DNA of 64,000 nt from Octopus vulgaris (lineage: Eukaryota), in assembly GCA_951406725.2 (NCBI GenBank), contig OX597840.1:2790001-2854000 (forward strand), written 5' to 3'. This document shows positions 1 to 14,499 of the stretch, piece by piece; within the stretch, counting starts at the first letter, position 1; every line of letters begins with the position of its first letter. Position numbers and translations under genes: made by a program. The notes beneath the pieces were generated by a model. It saw only the letters and a program-made list of their open reading frames with translations, had not been told where the DNA came from and made no database searches.

Positions 1-18
1 AATTAATAAATATATTTA

Positions 19-104
<86 letters not shown>

Positions 105-172
105 GTTGAAATTTACGGAAAAACAAAAGACGAAGACAGGTGTATCAAGCAACAAGCAGGTGTATTAATTTG
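105..172 (-). mobile_element. Fragment of Penelope-like terminal repeat, family P1
   Basis: GAAATTTACGGAAAAACAAAAGACGAAGACAGGTGTA matches the ends of the copies at 16035 and (reverse complement) ~40580 and ~62485. It abuts (TA)n. Confidence 0.5.
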
Positions 173-194
173 GTAAATATATATAAAGGAACTT

Positions 195-460
195 GGCTTT
201 GTGATTAGGGAATGCGGCTCACGATCGGAAATCCTCAAGTTCGTTCCCTTCTACCCGTTGCGTCCCATGGCAAAACACTATTTCACGTTGCTGTAGGCCA
301 ACCGTTTAATATTCTATGTCACCTAAAATCTTCCTGAGAAGCACGTTAAGGGAACACGTGCCTGTGGTGTGCTCAGCCACTTGCACGTTAATTTGACAAG
401 CAGGGTCTTCCGTCGATCGGATCGACTGAAACACTCGTCGTGGTAACCGACAGAATGACA
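195..460 (+). mobile_element. Old tRNA-derived SINE with family-B 3' tail
   Basis: Degenerate tRNA-like head. The 3' part (GAGAAGCACGTTAAGGG...CTCAGCCACTTGCACGTTAATTT...GTAACCGAC) aligns by eye to 9630-9750. Confidence 0.65.
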
Positions 461-560
461 TTGTTGCATGAACATATGTAATTATGTATGTGTATATAGG
501 TGTATGTGTGTGTATGTATGTGTGTACGTATGTTTGTATGTTTGTATGTATGTATGTATG

Positions 561-591
<31 letters not shown>

Positions 592-596
592 GTATG

Positions 597-1085
597 TTTC
601 GGCGACTAAACCGGCAACCCCACCAAGCTTGCTTGGTGAGGAGGGTGTTTATTGGACACCCTGCGGGATGAAAAACAAAACCCGTCAACGGGCGGCGGAA
701 CTCTTGAGAGTCAACGACCATCCAATAAATGTCTTAAGGATGTATCATGCGCGGGGACATAGAAATAATCGGACTGAATACCCGATCGCGCGGTTAAACC
801 TTTGGGAGTGAAGGACTCCTAGCCTTTGTTAGGGCATCCTTCTAGGAGAAGGTAACTCAGGTAACTGGGATAAGTCTGACATAAAAACCTGCGGCTCAGT
901 TGTTACCGATGATGTTGAATTGTTCTTCTTTTCGGATTATGGCTGCTGTTGCTTAGTGAGTGGGATTGACTCAGTGCACAGCCTTTCCTCACTTTAAAAA
1001 GATCTTCTTGCACAGGCATTGCACAATAGCAACATTGATTAAGCTTCTTGCAATGGTCATACTCGATTACGAGGGAGCAGCCACC
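597..1085 (+). mobile_element. Short non-coding RTE-like element (structured 5'UTR-like region) flanked by (ATGT)n
   Basis: GC-richer island between two (TATG)n tracts. It contains AGGGCATCCTTCTAGGAGAAGGTAACTC, resembling a motif I recall from RTE-clade 5' UTRs, and many short hairpins. Confidence 0.45.
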
Positions 1086-1119
1086 ATGTATGTATGTATG
1101 TATATTTTTTTCTTTTTCT

Positions 1120-1425
1120 TGTTTACTTGTTTCAGTCATTTGACTGCGGCCATGCTGGAGCACCGCCTTTAGTCGAGCAAATCGACCCAGGGACTTATTC
1201 TTTGTAAGCCCAGTACTTATTCTATCGGTCTCTTTTTGCCGAACCGCTAGGTGACGGGGACGTAAACACACCAGCATCGGTTGTCAAGCAATGCTAGGAG
1301 GACAAACACACACACATACATATATATATATACATATATACGACAGGCTTCTTTCAGTTTCCGTCTACCAAATCCACTCACAAGGCATTGGTCGGCCCGG
1401 GGCTTTAGCAGAAGATACTTGCCCA
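1120..1425 (-). mobile_element. SINE family A, 5'-truncated
   Basis: Near-identical to the full copies at 6253, 15600 and 41152 (TTTCAGTCATTTGACTGCGGCCATGCTGGAGCACCGCC...). Confidence 0.9.
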
Positions 1426-1849
1426 TATATGTATGTATGTATGTAAATACCAGCTAGTTGATAATGTGTTAATTCACTGCAGCTGTTTGCAACGAATTTT
1501 TAATTGATTAGAGGAGATATTTCCTCAGTAGGAAAAAAACAGTTTCATCAAGTGAATACACGAACCTCAACATTAGAAAACAATGAAAAGCCAACGGAAT
1601 GTGCGTCATCAAGAATGTATGACTCTTGCTGGTAAAAGAATATATGTATGTGTGTGTATGTATGTATGTGTGTATGTATGTATGTATGCAGGCATGTATG
1701 CATGTATGTTTGTATGTATGTATGTATGTATAACAACACAAATATAGATACAGACAAATAGACCGACAGATAAGCAGACAGCTAGAGATAGATACATAGA
1801 TAAATAGATATATAGATAGATAGGTGGATACATATATATATATATATAT

Positions 1850-2000
1850 AAAGTTTCTTTATTGGCCACACAGGGCTGCACACAGATGGGACAAGTTACA
1901 AGGTAGAGCTTTTCTTTTGGGGGATGAAAAAAAGAAAAAAACAGGGGGGGTGGCGTAGGTTTTCGATCAAGAGGGATCGTAAAAGGGAAGAAAAGAACAA
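1850..2000 (-). mobile_element. Probable LINE (L1/Tx1-like) 3' UTR remnant
   Basis: The minus strand ends ...GCCCTGTGTGGCCAATAAAGAAACTT, with an AATAAA signal immediately before a (TA)n tract. Family assignment is by resemblance only. Confidence 0.35.
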
Positions 2001-2054
2001 AAAAAAAAATTTTTTTTAATTTTTTTTTAATTTTTAAAAAATTTTTTTAAGAAT

Positions 2055-2137
<83 letters not shown>

Positions 2138-2502
2138 GTAGATTAAGAGAGGTAGGGGAGAATGTTGGTGGGAGTGAATGCAAAAAAACGGGATGCTAGA
2201 GAATGATGTATAAGAGAGATCAGATTTTGAAAGAGAGACTGCGAACTATGCGGGATAAAGGGAAAAAGGCCCGCTGACAGAACTTGAGTGTCAGAGAGGT
2301 AGGGAATGCGAGGGAGGCGGAGTGACTGAACTGTAGAGAAGGAGAGAGAGAGAAAACTGTGTGGAAGGGAATGATATAGAAAAGAGAAGAAATGATAGAC
2401 AACTGTTTGTGAGAAAGGGCGATAGAAGGAAAGAGATATTGGGAAATATAAGTGTGTGTGTGTGTGTTTGTGAAAAGAACTGAGTGATTGAAAGATTTAC
2501 AC

Positions 2503-2544
<42 letters not shown>

Positions 2545-2852
2545 ATGTATGTGTATATAAACTGAAAGTGAGAGAGAGGGAGAGAAATAAAGGGAGAGAA
2601 CTAGCGATAGGTTTAGTGCAATTTTATGATAGGGAAGAGAGAATTTTGGGCAGAGATGTCGATAGGGATAGTGGGAGTGAGAAGTGATGTGAAAGGGGGG
2701 AGAGTAACTGGGTAAGGTGCGAGAGAAGAAGAGAAAGTGGAAGGGTATTTGAAAGGGAGAATGGAAAGGAAATGCACGTAGGATTTTCAGAGAAGGAAGG
2801 ATGGAGATAGAGATAGAGGACAGAGTCGAGTGCAAAGACAGAGAGAGAGAGA

Positions 2853-2895
<43 letters not shown>

Positions 2896-3138
2896 CGAGC
2901 AGGGATGGAGAAATAGAGGCAAAGAGAGACAGGGAGAGGAGAAAGACGAGGAGAAAAATGAAGTATATATATATATATATATATATATAGGTAATTAGAG
3001 AGAGTGAGAGAGACAAGGAAATGAGATACATTGGCAGAGAGGAGAAGGAAAAGAAAGAGACAGAGAGATAGAGAGAGACAGAGTGATATATATATGTTTG
3101 TGTGTGTACACATCTATATATATTTATATATATAGACG

Positions 3139-3217
<79 letters not shown>

Positions 3218-3470
3218 ACATGTATATATATACATGTATATATATCTTCCTCTTTGTCTCGTTCTCTATCACTTCTTATATGTATAGATGGCTGAATATA
3301 TCTATGTATATTATTCTTTCCCTCACTGCTTATCACTCTTTTTCTCTCTCTCTCTCTCTCTTTTTCTCTCTCTGTATATACATATATATATACACAGACA
3401 CATGCATAAATTCATATACAGGTATATAAGTATACACTATAAATATGTATGTATATATATATATATATAC

Positions 3471-3504
<34 letters not shown>

Positions 3505-3540
3505 GTATATATATATATATATACATCTCTCTCTCACTCA

Positions 3541-3594
<54 letters not shown>

Positions 3595-3710
3595 CTACAC
3601 ACAAACATACACGAATGTAAGCAAGCATGTACATATACAGAACGAGAGAGAAAAAGAGAGACAGAGAAATAGATAGATAGATACATATATAGATAGACAG
3701 AGAGAGAGAG

Positions 3711-3741
<31 letters not shown>

Positions 3742-4109
3742 AGTTGAGATAAAGAGAGAGAGCAATAGAGAGGGTATGTGTTCGAGAGACCTTTATTTAT
3801 GCTATCATGGCAGAAACATCTTTGCAAGTAATTTTCTTATCTGACGAATACACAATAGGAGATGGCGGCGGGTGGGAAGAGGGTGGCTGTAAAATTTATT
3901 TATGCTTCGGCTTATCTTCGTCATTCGGATTTTCCTAGAAATTTATCGAAAAATTAAAGATTCTACACACCGCCACAAACCTCCCCCAATTTCAATAAAC
4001 ACACCATCATTATAGATACCTATACTTATACATATATACATATGTATTTATATATGTTTGTATATATATGCATTTATATATGTTTGTATGAATATATATA
4101 TATATGTAT

Positions 4110-4166
4110 ATATGTATGTATGTAGGTATGTATATATGTATGTATGTATCTATGTATGTAGGTATG

Positions 4167-4200
<34 letters not shown>

Positions 4201-4640
4201 TGTATGTATGTATGTATGTATGTATGTATGTATGTATGTATGTATGATGTATGTATGTATGTATGTATGTATGTATGTATGTATGTATGTATGTATGTAT
4301 GTATGTATGTATGTATGTATGTATGTATGTATGTATGTATGTATGTATGTATGTATGTATGTATGTATGTATGTATGTATGTATGTATGTATGTATGCAT
4401 GTATGTATGTATGTATGTATGTATGTATGTATGTATGTATGTATGTATGTATGTATGTATGTATGTATGTATGTATGTATGTATGTATGTATGTATGTAT
4501 CTATGTATGTATGTATGTATGTATGTATGTATGTATGTATGTATGTATGTATGTATCTATGTATGTATCTATGTATGTATGTATGTATGTATGTATGCAT
4601 GTATGAATGCATCTATGTATGTATGTATGCATGTATGTTT
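4110..4640. repeat. (TATG)n tetranucleotide microsatellite
   Basis: Long, near-perfect TATG array seen directly. Confidence 0.97.
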
Positions 4641-4869
4641 GTACTTATAGATATATATTGAAATATATTTATAAAAACATATAGGTATGTATATATATAA
4701 TACATATATATATATATTTATATAGACGTATATATGTGTGCATGCGTGTGCATGTGTAAGTGAATGGGAGTGCTCAGATATATGTATACACACACGTGTT
4801 GATGCGTGTGTGTTATGTGTATGTCTGTGTGCCTGTATATATGTATGCATATAATATACATACATGTAT

Positions 4870-4900
<31 letters not shown>

Positions 4901-4946
4901 TATCCATACATATATACATAAATACATATATATATACATATATGTG

Positions 4947-4982
<36 letters not shown>

Positions 4983-5068
4983 CGTGTGTGTGAATATGTT
5001 ATATAGGTGCCCATATATGTCTAAGTATGTATATATGTATATATATATACATATGTAAGTATATTTGA

Positions 5069-5131
<63 letters not shown>

Positions 5132-5389
5132 TATATATGTGTGCACATATACATATACATATATATATGTGCATGGGTATATGGGTATGTGTGCATATAT
5201 ACACATATGTAAATATGCAAATACTTATGCAACGCCTTTGCGATGATTGTGATCACCAAAGGCAGCGATATATATTAGTGACTTGCTTCACTGTGAATGT
5301 GCGCATGCGTACGCGAAAACGTATAGACGTGACTGTCTGTGTATAGTGTATGCGTGTATGTGCCCAAGCGTTTGCGAGTGTGAGTGTGG

Positions 5390-5447
<58 letters not shown>

Positions 5448-5558
5448 CTGTGCTCCCATTCTTAAGCAAATTAAAGACATAAAGCGACTATCTTTGCTAT
5501 CACATTCGCTGTGCCTACGTCGCTGGCTAAATCATTTATACACACGTTTAAATATACA

Positions 5559-5600
<42 letters not shown>

Positions 5601-6252
5601 CATATATACATATACATATATATACATATAGACATATAGACATATACACATATACATACATATACTTATATATATATATATATATATATTCTTGTTACCC
5701 TTTTATCCCTTCTTATTGCCAGAGTTACCCTCTTTTCATACTAACATGAGTTTCTGTGTGTGTGTGTGTGTGTGCGTGTGTGCATGTGTGTCTGTGTGTG
5801 TGTGTATGTGTATAACTAAATCTATGTAAAAGCAGAAATACATACACATACATTTGTATACACATAGATATGTACTTAAAACTTAAAACATGTGACTAAC
5901 CACGTATGAATGAATGCACACACACATACACACACACGCACACACACAACATACAAAATAACACATATATGTACATACGTACGTCCATAAACACTGACAC
6001 ATATACGACGTTTGTGCATATATATGTATGGCGTATATGTACGTATATCTACATAGATATATACTTATTGTTGGATATTTATGCAGTTAAATTTTAATAT
6101 ATTGATGTATAAACTCTTTCAATAGAAACGTGTGTTGAAATTTAATGGTGTATATTTTTCGAGTGCCCTTGTGCCTTGGTGTGTTTATATCCCTTCCCGT
6201 TTTCTTAGCCTTGGAGGTGTATATATATATGTAAATATATATATATATATAT

Positions 6253-6644
6253 ACTCTTTTACTCTTTTACTTGTTTCAGTCATTTGACTGCGGCAATGAT
6301 GGAGCACCGCCTTTAGTCGAGCAAATCGACCCCGGGACTTATTCTCTGTAGGCCCAGTACTTATTCTATCGGTCTTTTGAGCCGAACCGCTATGTGACAG
6401 GGACGTAAACACACCAGCATCGGTTGTCAAGCAACATACACACAAACATACACACACACATACATATATATATATACATAGATATATACGACAGGCTTCT
6501 TTCAGTTTCCGTCTACCAAATCCACTCACAAGGCTTCTGTCGGCCCGGGGCTATAGTAGAAGACTTGCCCAAGATGCCACGCACTGGGACTGAACCCGGA
6601 ACCATGTGGTCTGTAGGCAAGCTACTTACCACACAGCCACTCCT
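6253..6644 (-). mobile_element. SINE family A, near full length (tRNA-like head, CORE-like segment, internal TA/CA microsatellite, GAGTAAAA tail)
   Basis: Minus strand: A-box TGGCTGTGTGG, B-box GGTTCAGTCCC, CORE-like CTTGGGCAAGT, tail (GAGTAAAA)n. Multiple copies in the window. Confidence 0.92.
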
Positions 6645-6806
6645 TTATATATATATATAAAAATCTCCAAACGCATTTTCGTGTATGTATAGATACCTTA
6701 CACACAGAAGCATTCATTTGCATTTACACGCTCGCACACGTTCGAACACGCTAGCACATATACACACATAAATACACACACAGGTATAGATAAACATATA
6801 TTTATA

Positions 6807-6846
<40 letters not shown>

Positions 6847-7052
6847 CATATATATTGTATATACATATATGTATATATACATACGTGTGTATGGATAGAA
6901 GCAAGCATGCAATCACACGCAAAAACGCACAAACACACATGCACACACATACTCACAAGTATATATAATTATTTGTATGATTGCGTTTGTGTGTTTCGAG
7001 ACACATTTGTGTATATAACATATATACATTTATATATCTATAAATATAAATA

Positions 7053-7096
<44 letters not shown>

Positions 7097-7202
7097 TATA
7101 GATATATATATGAGTGTGCATATTTATATATATATATATGTATATGTATATATAAATATATATATATATATGCATATACGTATTTGTATGTATATATAAA
7201 TG

Positions 7203-7249
<47 letters not shown>

Positions 7250-7401
7250 ATATATATATATATGTGGATAGATAAATAGATATTTAAATATATGTACATT
7301 ATATTAACGAATATATACCCACGCAGGTGAAAATAGAGGTTACAATAAAGTTCTGTATACATCTGCGTACAATAAAAAATTTACGTTTTAAAGTACATAC
7401 G

Positions 7402-7471
<70 letters not shown>

Positions 7472-7594
7472 ATGTACTGTATATATATATATATATCGCT
7501 TATAAGTACGTAGTTAAATCGGCGACCGATTTACATACATTAGCACTATATTTAGTGCATATAAGCAATATTGATGCATTTAGAAATACTATCA

Positions 7595-7629
<35 letters not shown>

Positions 7630-7969
7630 TATTAATGTACGACTGGGAAGAGGGGAATTATGGGAAAGAGTCGAGGTTTGCAATGTTAGATTTTTACTTA
7701 ATTCCTTGCCTTATATTTATGTTTTTCGTTAAATGTCTGCTGATTCCCAAATGAATAAATTATGGCATTATCAAACATGGCGGTATCCTAGATATTTTCA
7801 CGTACACACACGTTTCTGCATATATATATATATATATACATACACATATATACGTAGTCGTGTCTATAGATAGAGTTATATACTACCCATACACATTGCC
7901 TACGTACTTACATACGCCTGTGTATACATACACTATCAACACAGGTGCCTGTATATATATATATATATT

Positions 7970-8016
<47 letters not shown>

Positions 8017-8067
8017 GTATGCATGTATATATATACACCTATATATATGTATATATATATAAATAAA

Positions 8068-8100
<33 letters not shown>

Positions 8101-8410
8101 GTGTATATGTGCGTGTGTGTGAAAGTGTGTGAATATATATAAATCAAATATATATATATATATTTATGCATCTATAAACATATAAATATATGTTATATAC
8201 ATAATTTTTTTCTTAAACGTATAAATACAAATGTGGTGCATACATACATGGATTCAAAAACGTATATACTTCTATGCTCGGTACATACATATATATCTAT
8301 ATGTATGTACATTTTCGCGTTCATAAATATCTAGCAAACGAACATGTATGTACATCTCTGTTGGTATTTGTCGATGTATATGCGTATATATATATATATA
8401 TACATATATG

Positions 8411-8445
<35 letters not shown>

Positions 8446-8634
8446 ATGTGTGTGTGTGTGTGTGCAGGTGTATAAAAATCTCCGTATACCTCAAACTAAT
8501 GCACACTTTATATGACTGCATAGACTTCTGTTCATGAGGAAAAACTCTAACGTTCGAAATTTGATAATGGAGTATAATTACTAAATATGAATGCACATAT
8601 GTATATAATATATTTAAACATGTATATATATATG

Positions 8635-8695
<61 letters not shown>

Positions 8696-8759
8696 TATAA
8701 ATATAATATACATATATATATATACATATATATTTAAATATGTCTATATATGTATATAT

Positions 8760-8812
<53 letters not shown>

Positions 8813-9375
8813 ATGTATATATATATATTTATCCAGATATACGTAATTAAGGATATTATCTTAAACCATTTTAGGAATAGAAGCGGAAGTTTTACTAATG
8901 GTGTGACCAAGTACTGATAGACAAATTTAGTATAACATTTTATTGCCGTTAACTTCCAGTTTCCTCAAATTACTGAATAAACCTTTTGTGCAAATCTTTC
9001 TCTTTGTCGATATAGATTGAGTTAGAGCAAGTTTAGCGTTGTATGGATAATAGAGAATATAGCTGGAATGGAAGTGAACTTAATTTCTCAGCTCCTAATC
9101 CAGTGCCCGGTCCACGGTTCCATTGATGCTATAAATGACATCCAAATCGCGATATAGTAGAAGCATTAAGTTGGATAGACACAGTTAGGTTATATATATG
9201 TTTTACATGGAGCAGAAAATAGTGGTTATGTAAGAAAGGAAATATCATTATATAAACGATGATGATGATGATGATGAAAGCATTTCCTTAGTCTGCAAAA
9301 TCTTTATTATCTCTCCTTCTTTCAATCTCTTCAGTCAAACTTTTTTTTCTAATCAGTCACATATATATGTATATA

Positions 9376-9756
9376 GTGGAGGCGCAATGGCCCAGTGGTT
9401 AGGGCAGCGGACTCGCGGTCGTAGGATCGCGGTTTCGATTCCCAGACCGGGCATTGTGAGTGTTTATTGAGCGAAAACACCTAAAGCTTCACGAGGCTCC
9501 GGCAGGGGGTGGTGGTGAACCCTGCTGTACTTTTTCACCACAACTTTCTCTCGCTCTTTCTTCCTGTTTCTGTTGTACCTGTATTTCAAAGGTCCAGCCT
9601 TGTCACACTCTGTGTCACGCTGAATCTCTCTGAGAACTACGTTAAGGGTGCACGTGTCTGTGGAGTGCTCAGCCACTTGCACGTTAATTCCACGAGCAAG
9701 CTGTTCCGTTGATCGTATCAGCTGGGACCCTCATCGTCGTAACCGACGGAGTGCTC
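9376..9756 (+). mobile_element. SINE family B, full length
   Basis: tRNA-like head GGCGCAATGGCCCAGTGGTTAGGGCAGCGGACTCGCGGTCG...GTTTCGATTCCC with A and B boxes. Second copy at 27735. Confidence 0.9.
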
Positions 9757-9784
9757 CCTAAAAAATACGTATATAACTAAGTGT

Positions 9785-9980
9785 ATGTGTCTTTGTGCCT
9801 ATGTTTTTTCCTGCATCACCTCTTCCAACCAGTGTTGTGTTTATGTCTCCGTAACTTAGTAGTTCGGCGAAAAGAAACCAATTGAATAAGTACTAGGCTG
9901 TAGAAAAATAAGATCAGGCGTGGTCTTTTTTCAACAATAAGCATTTGACGCAGTCAAATATCTGAAACAAGTAAAAGAAT
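9785..9980 (+). mobile_element. Degenerate SINE family A 3' half
   Basis: GTAACTTAGTAGTTCGGCGAAAAGAAACC...GAATAAGTACTAGGCT...GCAGTCAAATATCTGAAACAAGTAAAAGA aligns to the family A 3' region. Confidence 0.75.
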
Positions 9981-10518
9981 AACGGAGAATAGTAGTGAAC
10001 AGATTATCGTGATGTTTAATGCCTGTGTCTTGAAATATTTCAAGGAGATGCTTTGGACAAGGCCGATCCTGGTGTCCAAGCATCGAGACAACTTGTGCAT
10101 TTGCTCTAAAAGTACTATTCTACATCGTTGGATGAAAACGAAATCGAACGTGTTACACATCCCTCTATACATATACCTATGGGCATACATTCATCTTGGC
10201 GAATTTATTGCTGTTGGCTTAACTAAATTGTTTGTTACCAACCAGGTGTCGAAACCATAGTGATATGCGTTTGGCCACTGATGATGATTCTGTTAATTTG
10301 TTTTGTTTTGTGAATTTTTATGTCTGAATCTCGTTATTCTGGGTTGTCCGTCATGGTACAGAAGTGTAGAGATTTGTTGATTTATAGTATATGGAGATTA
10401 TTTCCATTTATTTTTTTACTGTTTTTCTTCGTATATAATCTTAGCTTACTTAAAGCTTAGGCTTTCCTAACGCTTAGAGATCGGTATCAAATATATACAG
10501 AGTAATACATATACATAC

Positions 10519-10587
<69 letters not shown>

Positions 10588-10602
10588 GTATATGTATGTG
10601 TG

Positions 10603-10635
<33 letters not shown>

Positions 10636-10732
10636 ATATATATATATATAGATATATATATACATATATTATATATATACATAAATTATATATATATGTC
10701 TGTATATATATATATATATACATACATACATA

Positions 10733-10948
10733 CGGTAATATCTCGAATATTTCGTGTTTTGTTCCTTAACACCCTCAATAGGAGAAGATCTGTGAAGTAG
10801 AAGGAGTATTGTACTGTATATATTCTTTATTATTTTTATAATTGGTATATCTTTATTTTATTATAAATACAAAACACAACAGCGGAATCGACGTAAGCTT
10901 AAATCATAAACCGCGATTGGTGAACTGCGATATGGCGAGGGATTACTG
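10733..10948. mobile_element. Degenerate Tigger/pogo-like MITE
   Basis: Left end CGGTAATATCTCGAATAT and right end GATATGGCGAGGGATTACTG match the termini of the larger element at 27595-28890. Confidence 0.6.
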
Positions 10949-10949
10949 T

Positions 10950-11084
10950 GTATATATGTATATATATATATATGTGTGTGTGTCTGTGTATATTTGTACG
11001 TATGTATGTATATATGTATATATATGTATGTGTGTGTATGTATGTATGTATATATGTATATATGTATATATGTATATATATATG

Positions 11085-11118
<34 letters not shown>

Positions 11119-11140
11119 TATATGTATGTATGTATGTTTG

Positions 11141-11171
<31 letters not shown>

Positions 11172-11256
11172 ATACGTATGTATGCATGTATGCATGTATG
11201 TATGCATGTATGTATGTATGCATGCATGTATGTATGTATGTATGTATATATATATG

Positions 11257-11290
<34 letters not shown>

Positions 11291-11725
11291 TGTATGCATG
11301 CATGTATCTATGTATGTATGTATATACGTATGTATGCATGCATGTATGTATGTATGTATGCATGTCTGTATGTATGTATGCATGCATGTATGTATGCATG
11401 TATGTATGTATGTATGTATGTATGTATATATATGTATGTATGTATGTGTGTATGTATGTATGCATGTATGTATGTATGTATATATATGTATGTATGTATG
11501 TGTGTATGTATGTATGCATGTATGTATGTATGTATGTATGTATGTATGCATGTATGTATGTATGTATGTATGTATGTATATATATGTATGTATGTATATA
11601 TATGTATGTATGTAGGTAGGTATGTATGTATGTATGCATGTATATATATGTATGTATGTATGTATGTGTGTATGTATGTATGTATGTATGTATATGCATG
11701 TATGTATGTATGTATGTACATACAT
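10950..11725. repeat. Compound (TATG)n/(TA)n/(CATG) microsatellite
   Basis: Seen directly. Confidence 0.95.
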
Positions 11726-12191
11726 ACAGCATTCAGCATTCCGGTGGTTCTGTAATATATGCATACTATTGACAATATAAAGTGTGCTATTCGATAATGA
11801 TACTACTTCCATTCCTAATGACTATTTACATGGCTTGCCGGCTCGTAGCACCACCAGTAACTGAATCGTTGCCGGTTTTCCGAATGTCGGCATCAAGGGT
11901 ATCTGGCCAGAATGCTGTGTTAGCGAATGCCTGCTGCTGATGAGGAGAAATCGCCGTAATCATTATGACACAACAACAATCTCATCACTGCGGCTTTTGG
12001 ATATTTTTAATTGGGTTCCAATCACCTGCGCTTTTACACACAAGATGCTTATACGAAAGACTTTCTTAGCGTTAATAGTACAGTATTACAACGCTCTTGT
12101 ATAACGTTCATGCTCACTAGGATACAAAGGTTACCTACTTGTATTAATACTATCTTGGTAGATAATATCGGATATTTATAAACACACGCAC

Positions 12192-12252
<61 letters not shown>

Positions 12253-12253
<1 letters not shown>

Positions 12254-12768
12254 TAGCAGTATCGCCCGGCGTTGCTCGGGTTTGTAAGGGAAATAACTAT
12301 ATAAGCATTTTTAGAGAGTTACTTCCCTTATAGATGCCAATTCGGGCTTTCTTAGCCATTTCTGTTTTGATGTCTTCAAGCCATGAAGTCGTTGTTCTAA
12401 AAGAACGCTGGTCTCCTTGACAACGCTTTACGACGTTGATTTCCTTACACTCCCTTCCCCACAGCTTCACGAGGGAGGGAAGAAGGGGGAGAAGCAAACA
12501 CAGGTGCAGGTGTTTGAGCGTGGACGCCAACTCCGCCGCCATCGACACACGAAAAATTATGCATTAAAATGGAATAAAAAATGATGTTAAATTATTTTAA
12601 AAATCGTAGACTCATCGTAGACGCGCGCTAATACCAGACGGGCTCAATATGAATCACGACTATAAGATACCCGAATTTGGTTAAACTGCACTGCAAAATG
12701 TGGAAGTAGTTAGGAATCTAAATCGAAGGGGACAGACACTCACACAACTACAGTTTTATATATATAGA
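12253..12768 (-). mobile_element. Non-autonomous Helitron
   Basis: Minus strand starts A|TCTATATATATAAAACTG and ends CCCGAGCAACGCCGGGCGATACTGCTAG|T. It has a 5' TC, a subterminal CCCG..CGGG hairpin, a 3' CTAG, an A|T insertion site and no TSD. Confidence 0.85.
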
Positions 12769-12984
12769 TATATGTACACATACCTACATACATACATTTG
12801 GTAGTACAGTTAGGATGAACTAGAAATTGTAATATGTGATACTTGCATGGAACTTATTAGTTTGGACAGTGCCATGCACAACACTCTTGGCACTTGAGTC
12901 ACCTTTGATTCCTGTCAATTAAGAATAACACGCGCGCGCACGCGCACACACAAACACACACACATATATGTATATATATATATA

Positions 12985-13430
<446 letters not shown>

Positions 13431-13445
13431 ATGTATACATATATA

Positions 13446-13489
<44 letters not shown>

Positions 13490-13944
13490 TGTATGTATAT
13501 ATATATATGTATATATGTATATGTGTGTGTGTGTATGTATATATCTCATATTTTGTATACGTATGTACCTCTGCATAAACAGCTTACTGTCTGAATATAT
13601 GTCTACGTGTAATTGATATCCATTATATATAGGTGTGTGTATGTGTGTGGGGGTCTGTGTGTGCATGTGTGTTATGAACAAGGCAATAATTATTCTGTTA
13701 TTCTCATAGATCGATAACTGACTGATTTGATTATCAATGGAGAAAATGAAAACACTTGTAAAAATCATGGTGGAACAGATAACGTCTTTAATTGTTGTTG
13801 TTAACCCCTACAAAACACGAATAATTGTACGTAAGCTAAGTTAATACATACATGACCATCGAACCAGTTTTCCCCACACGCATTGTTTTTTTGTACAATG
13901 CTATTTAAGCTATTTTCTATTATAACGAATATGTCGCAGGCTTT

Positions 13945-14082
13945 GTAGTAAGAAGCGTTCTTCCCAACCAAATGGTTCTGGGTTACGTTCCACTGCATGA
14001 CACCTTAGGCAGATGTCTTCTGGTATACCTTCGAGCCGACCAAAGCCCTATAGGTGGATTTGGTAGATTCGGAACTGAAATT
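13945..14082 (+). mobile_element. Degenerate SINE family A head
   Basis: GTAAGAAGCGTTCTTCCCAACCAAATGGTTCTGGGTTACGTTCCACTGC...GGATTTGGTAGA...GGAACTGAAA. Confidence 0.7.
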
Positions 14083-14499
14083 CAATCGTATGAAGGAATT
14101 TTATTTAATTCTTTCGCAGGAAGGGCTAGTTCGACGAGTCGTGTTCTGTCCTCACCTTCGAAACACGCATGAAGTCGTACTAGGATGAAGGGGAATTTTC
14201 CTTGTGTTGTTTGTCTTGTACTCTGTTCTTTCGTTGTTAAAAAAAGTTCCGTTTCCATGTTTGTTTTTACGTTTTCGTTTCTCGCTGAGTTCTACGTCTA
14301 TTTGTGGTGTCCTGTTCTCACGTATATATATTTATATATGCATGTATATATACATGTAGATGTAGGTACGTATATATATGTATGTATGTATGCATATATT
14401 TTATTTATTACACTATTGTATGACTGAGCGCCCTCGCGTCGTTTCGTTTCGTTTCGTTTCCTCCAAGTAAGTTTATATATATATATATATATATATATA

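Noticed and set aside
5210-5320. Octamer ATGCAAAT and NRF1-like TGCGCATGCG motifs as a promoter
   Set aside because: These are expected by chance in TA/CA/TG-rich sequence, and no downstream gene or snRNA was recognised.
9025-9060. YYPYNAKLALT on the minus strand resembling mariner HPPYSPDLAP
   Set aside because: Too few identities and no supporting neighbouring motifs.
9378-9455. Possible tRNA gene
   Set aside because: A and B boxes are present but the acceptor stem does not close, and the sequence continues into a SINE body found twice in the window.
10245-10292. Possible permuted (type II) hammerhead GTCGAAAC...TGGCCA-CTGATGA
   Set aside because: Both core boxes are present, but stem II would be only ~3 weak pairs and stem I cannot close intramolecularly. 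Not supportable without homologues.
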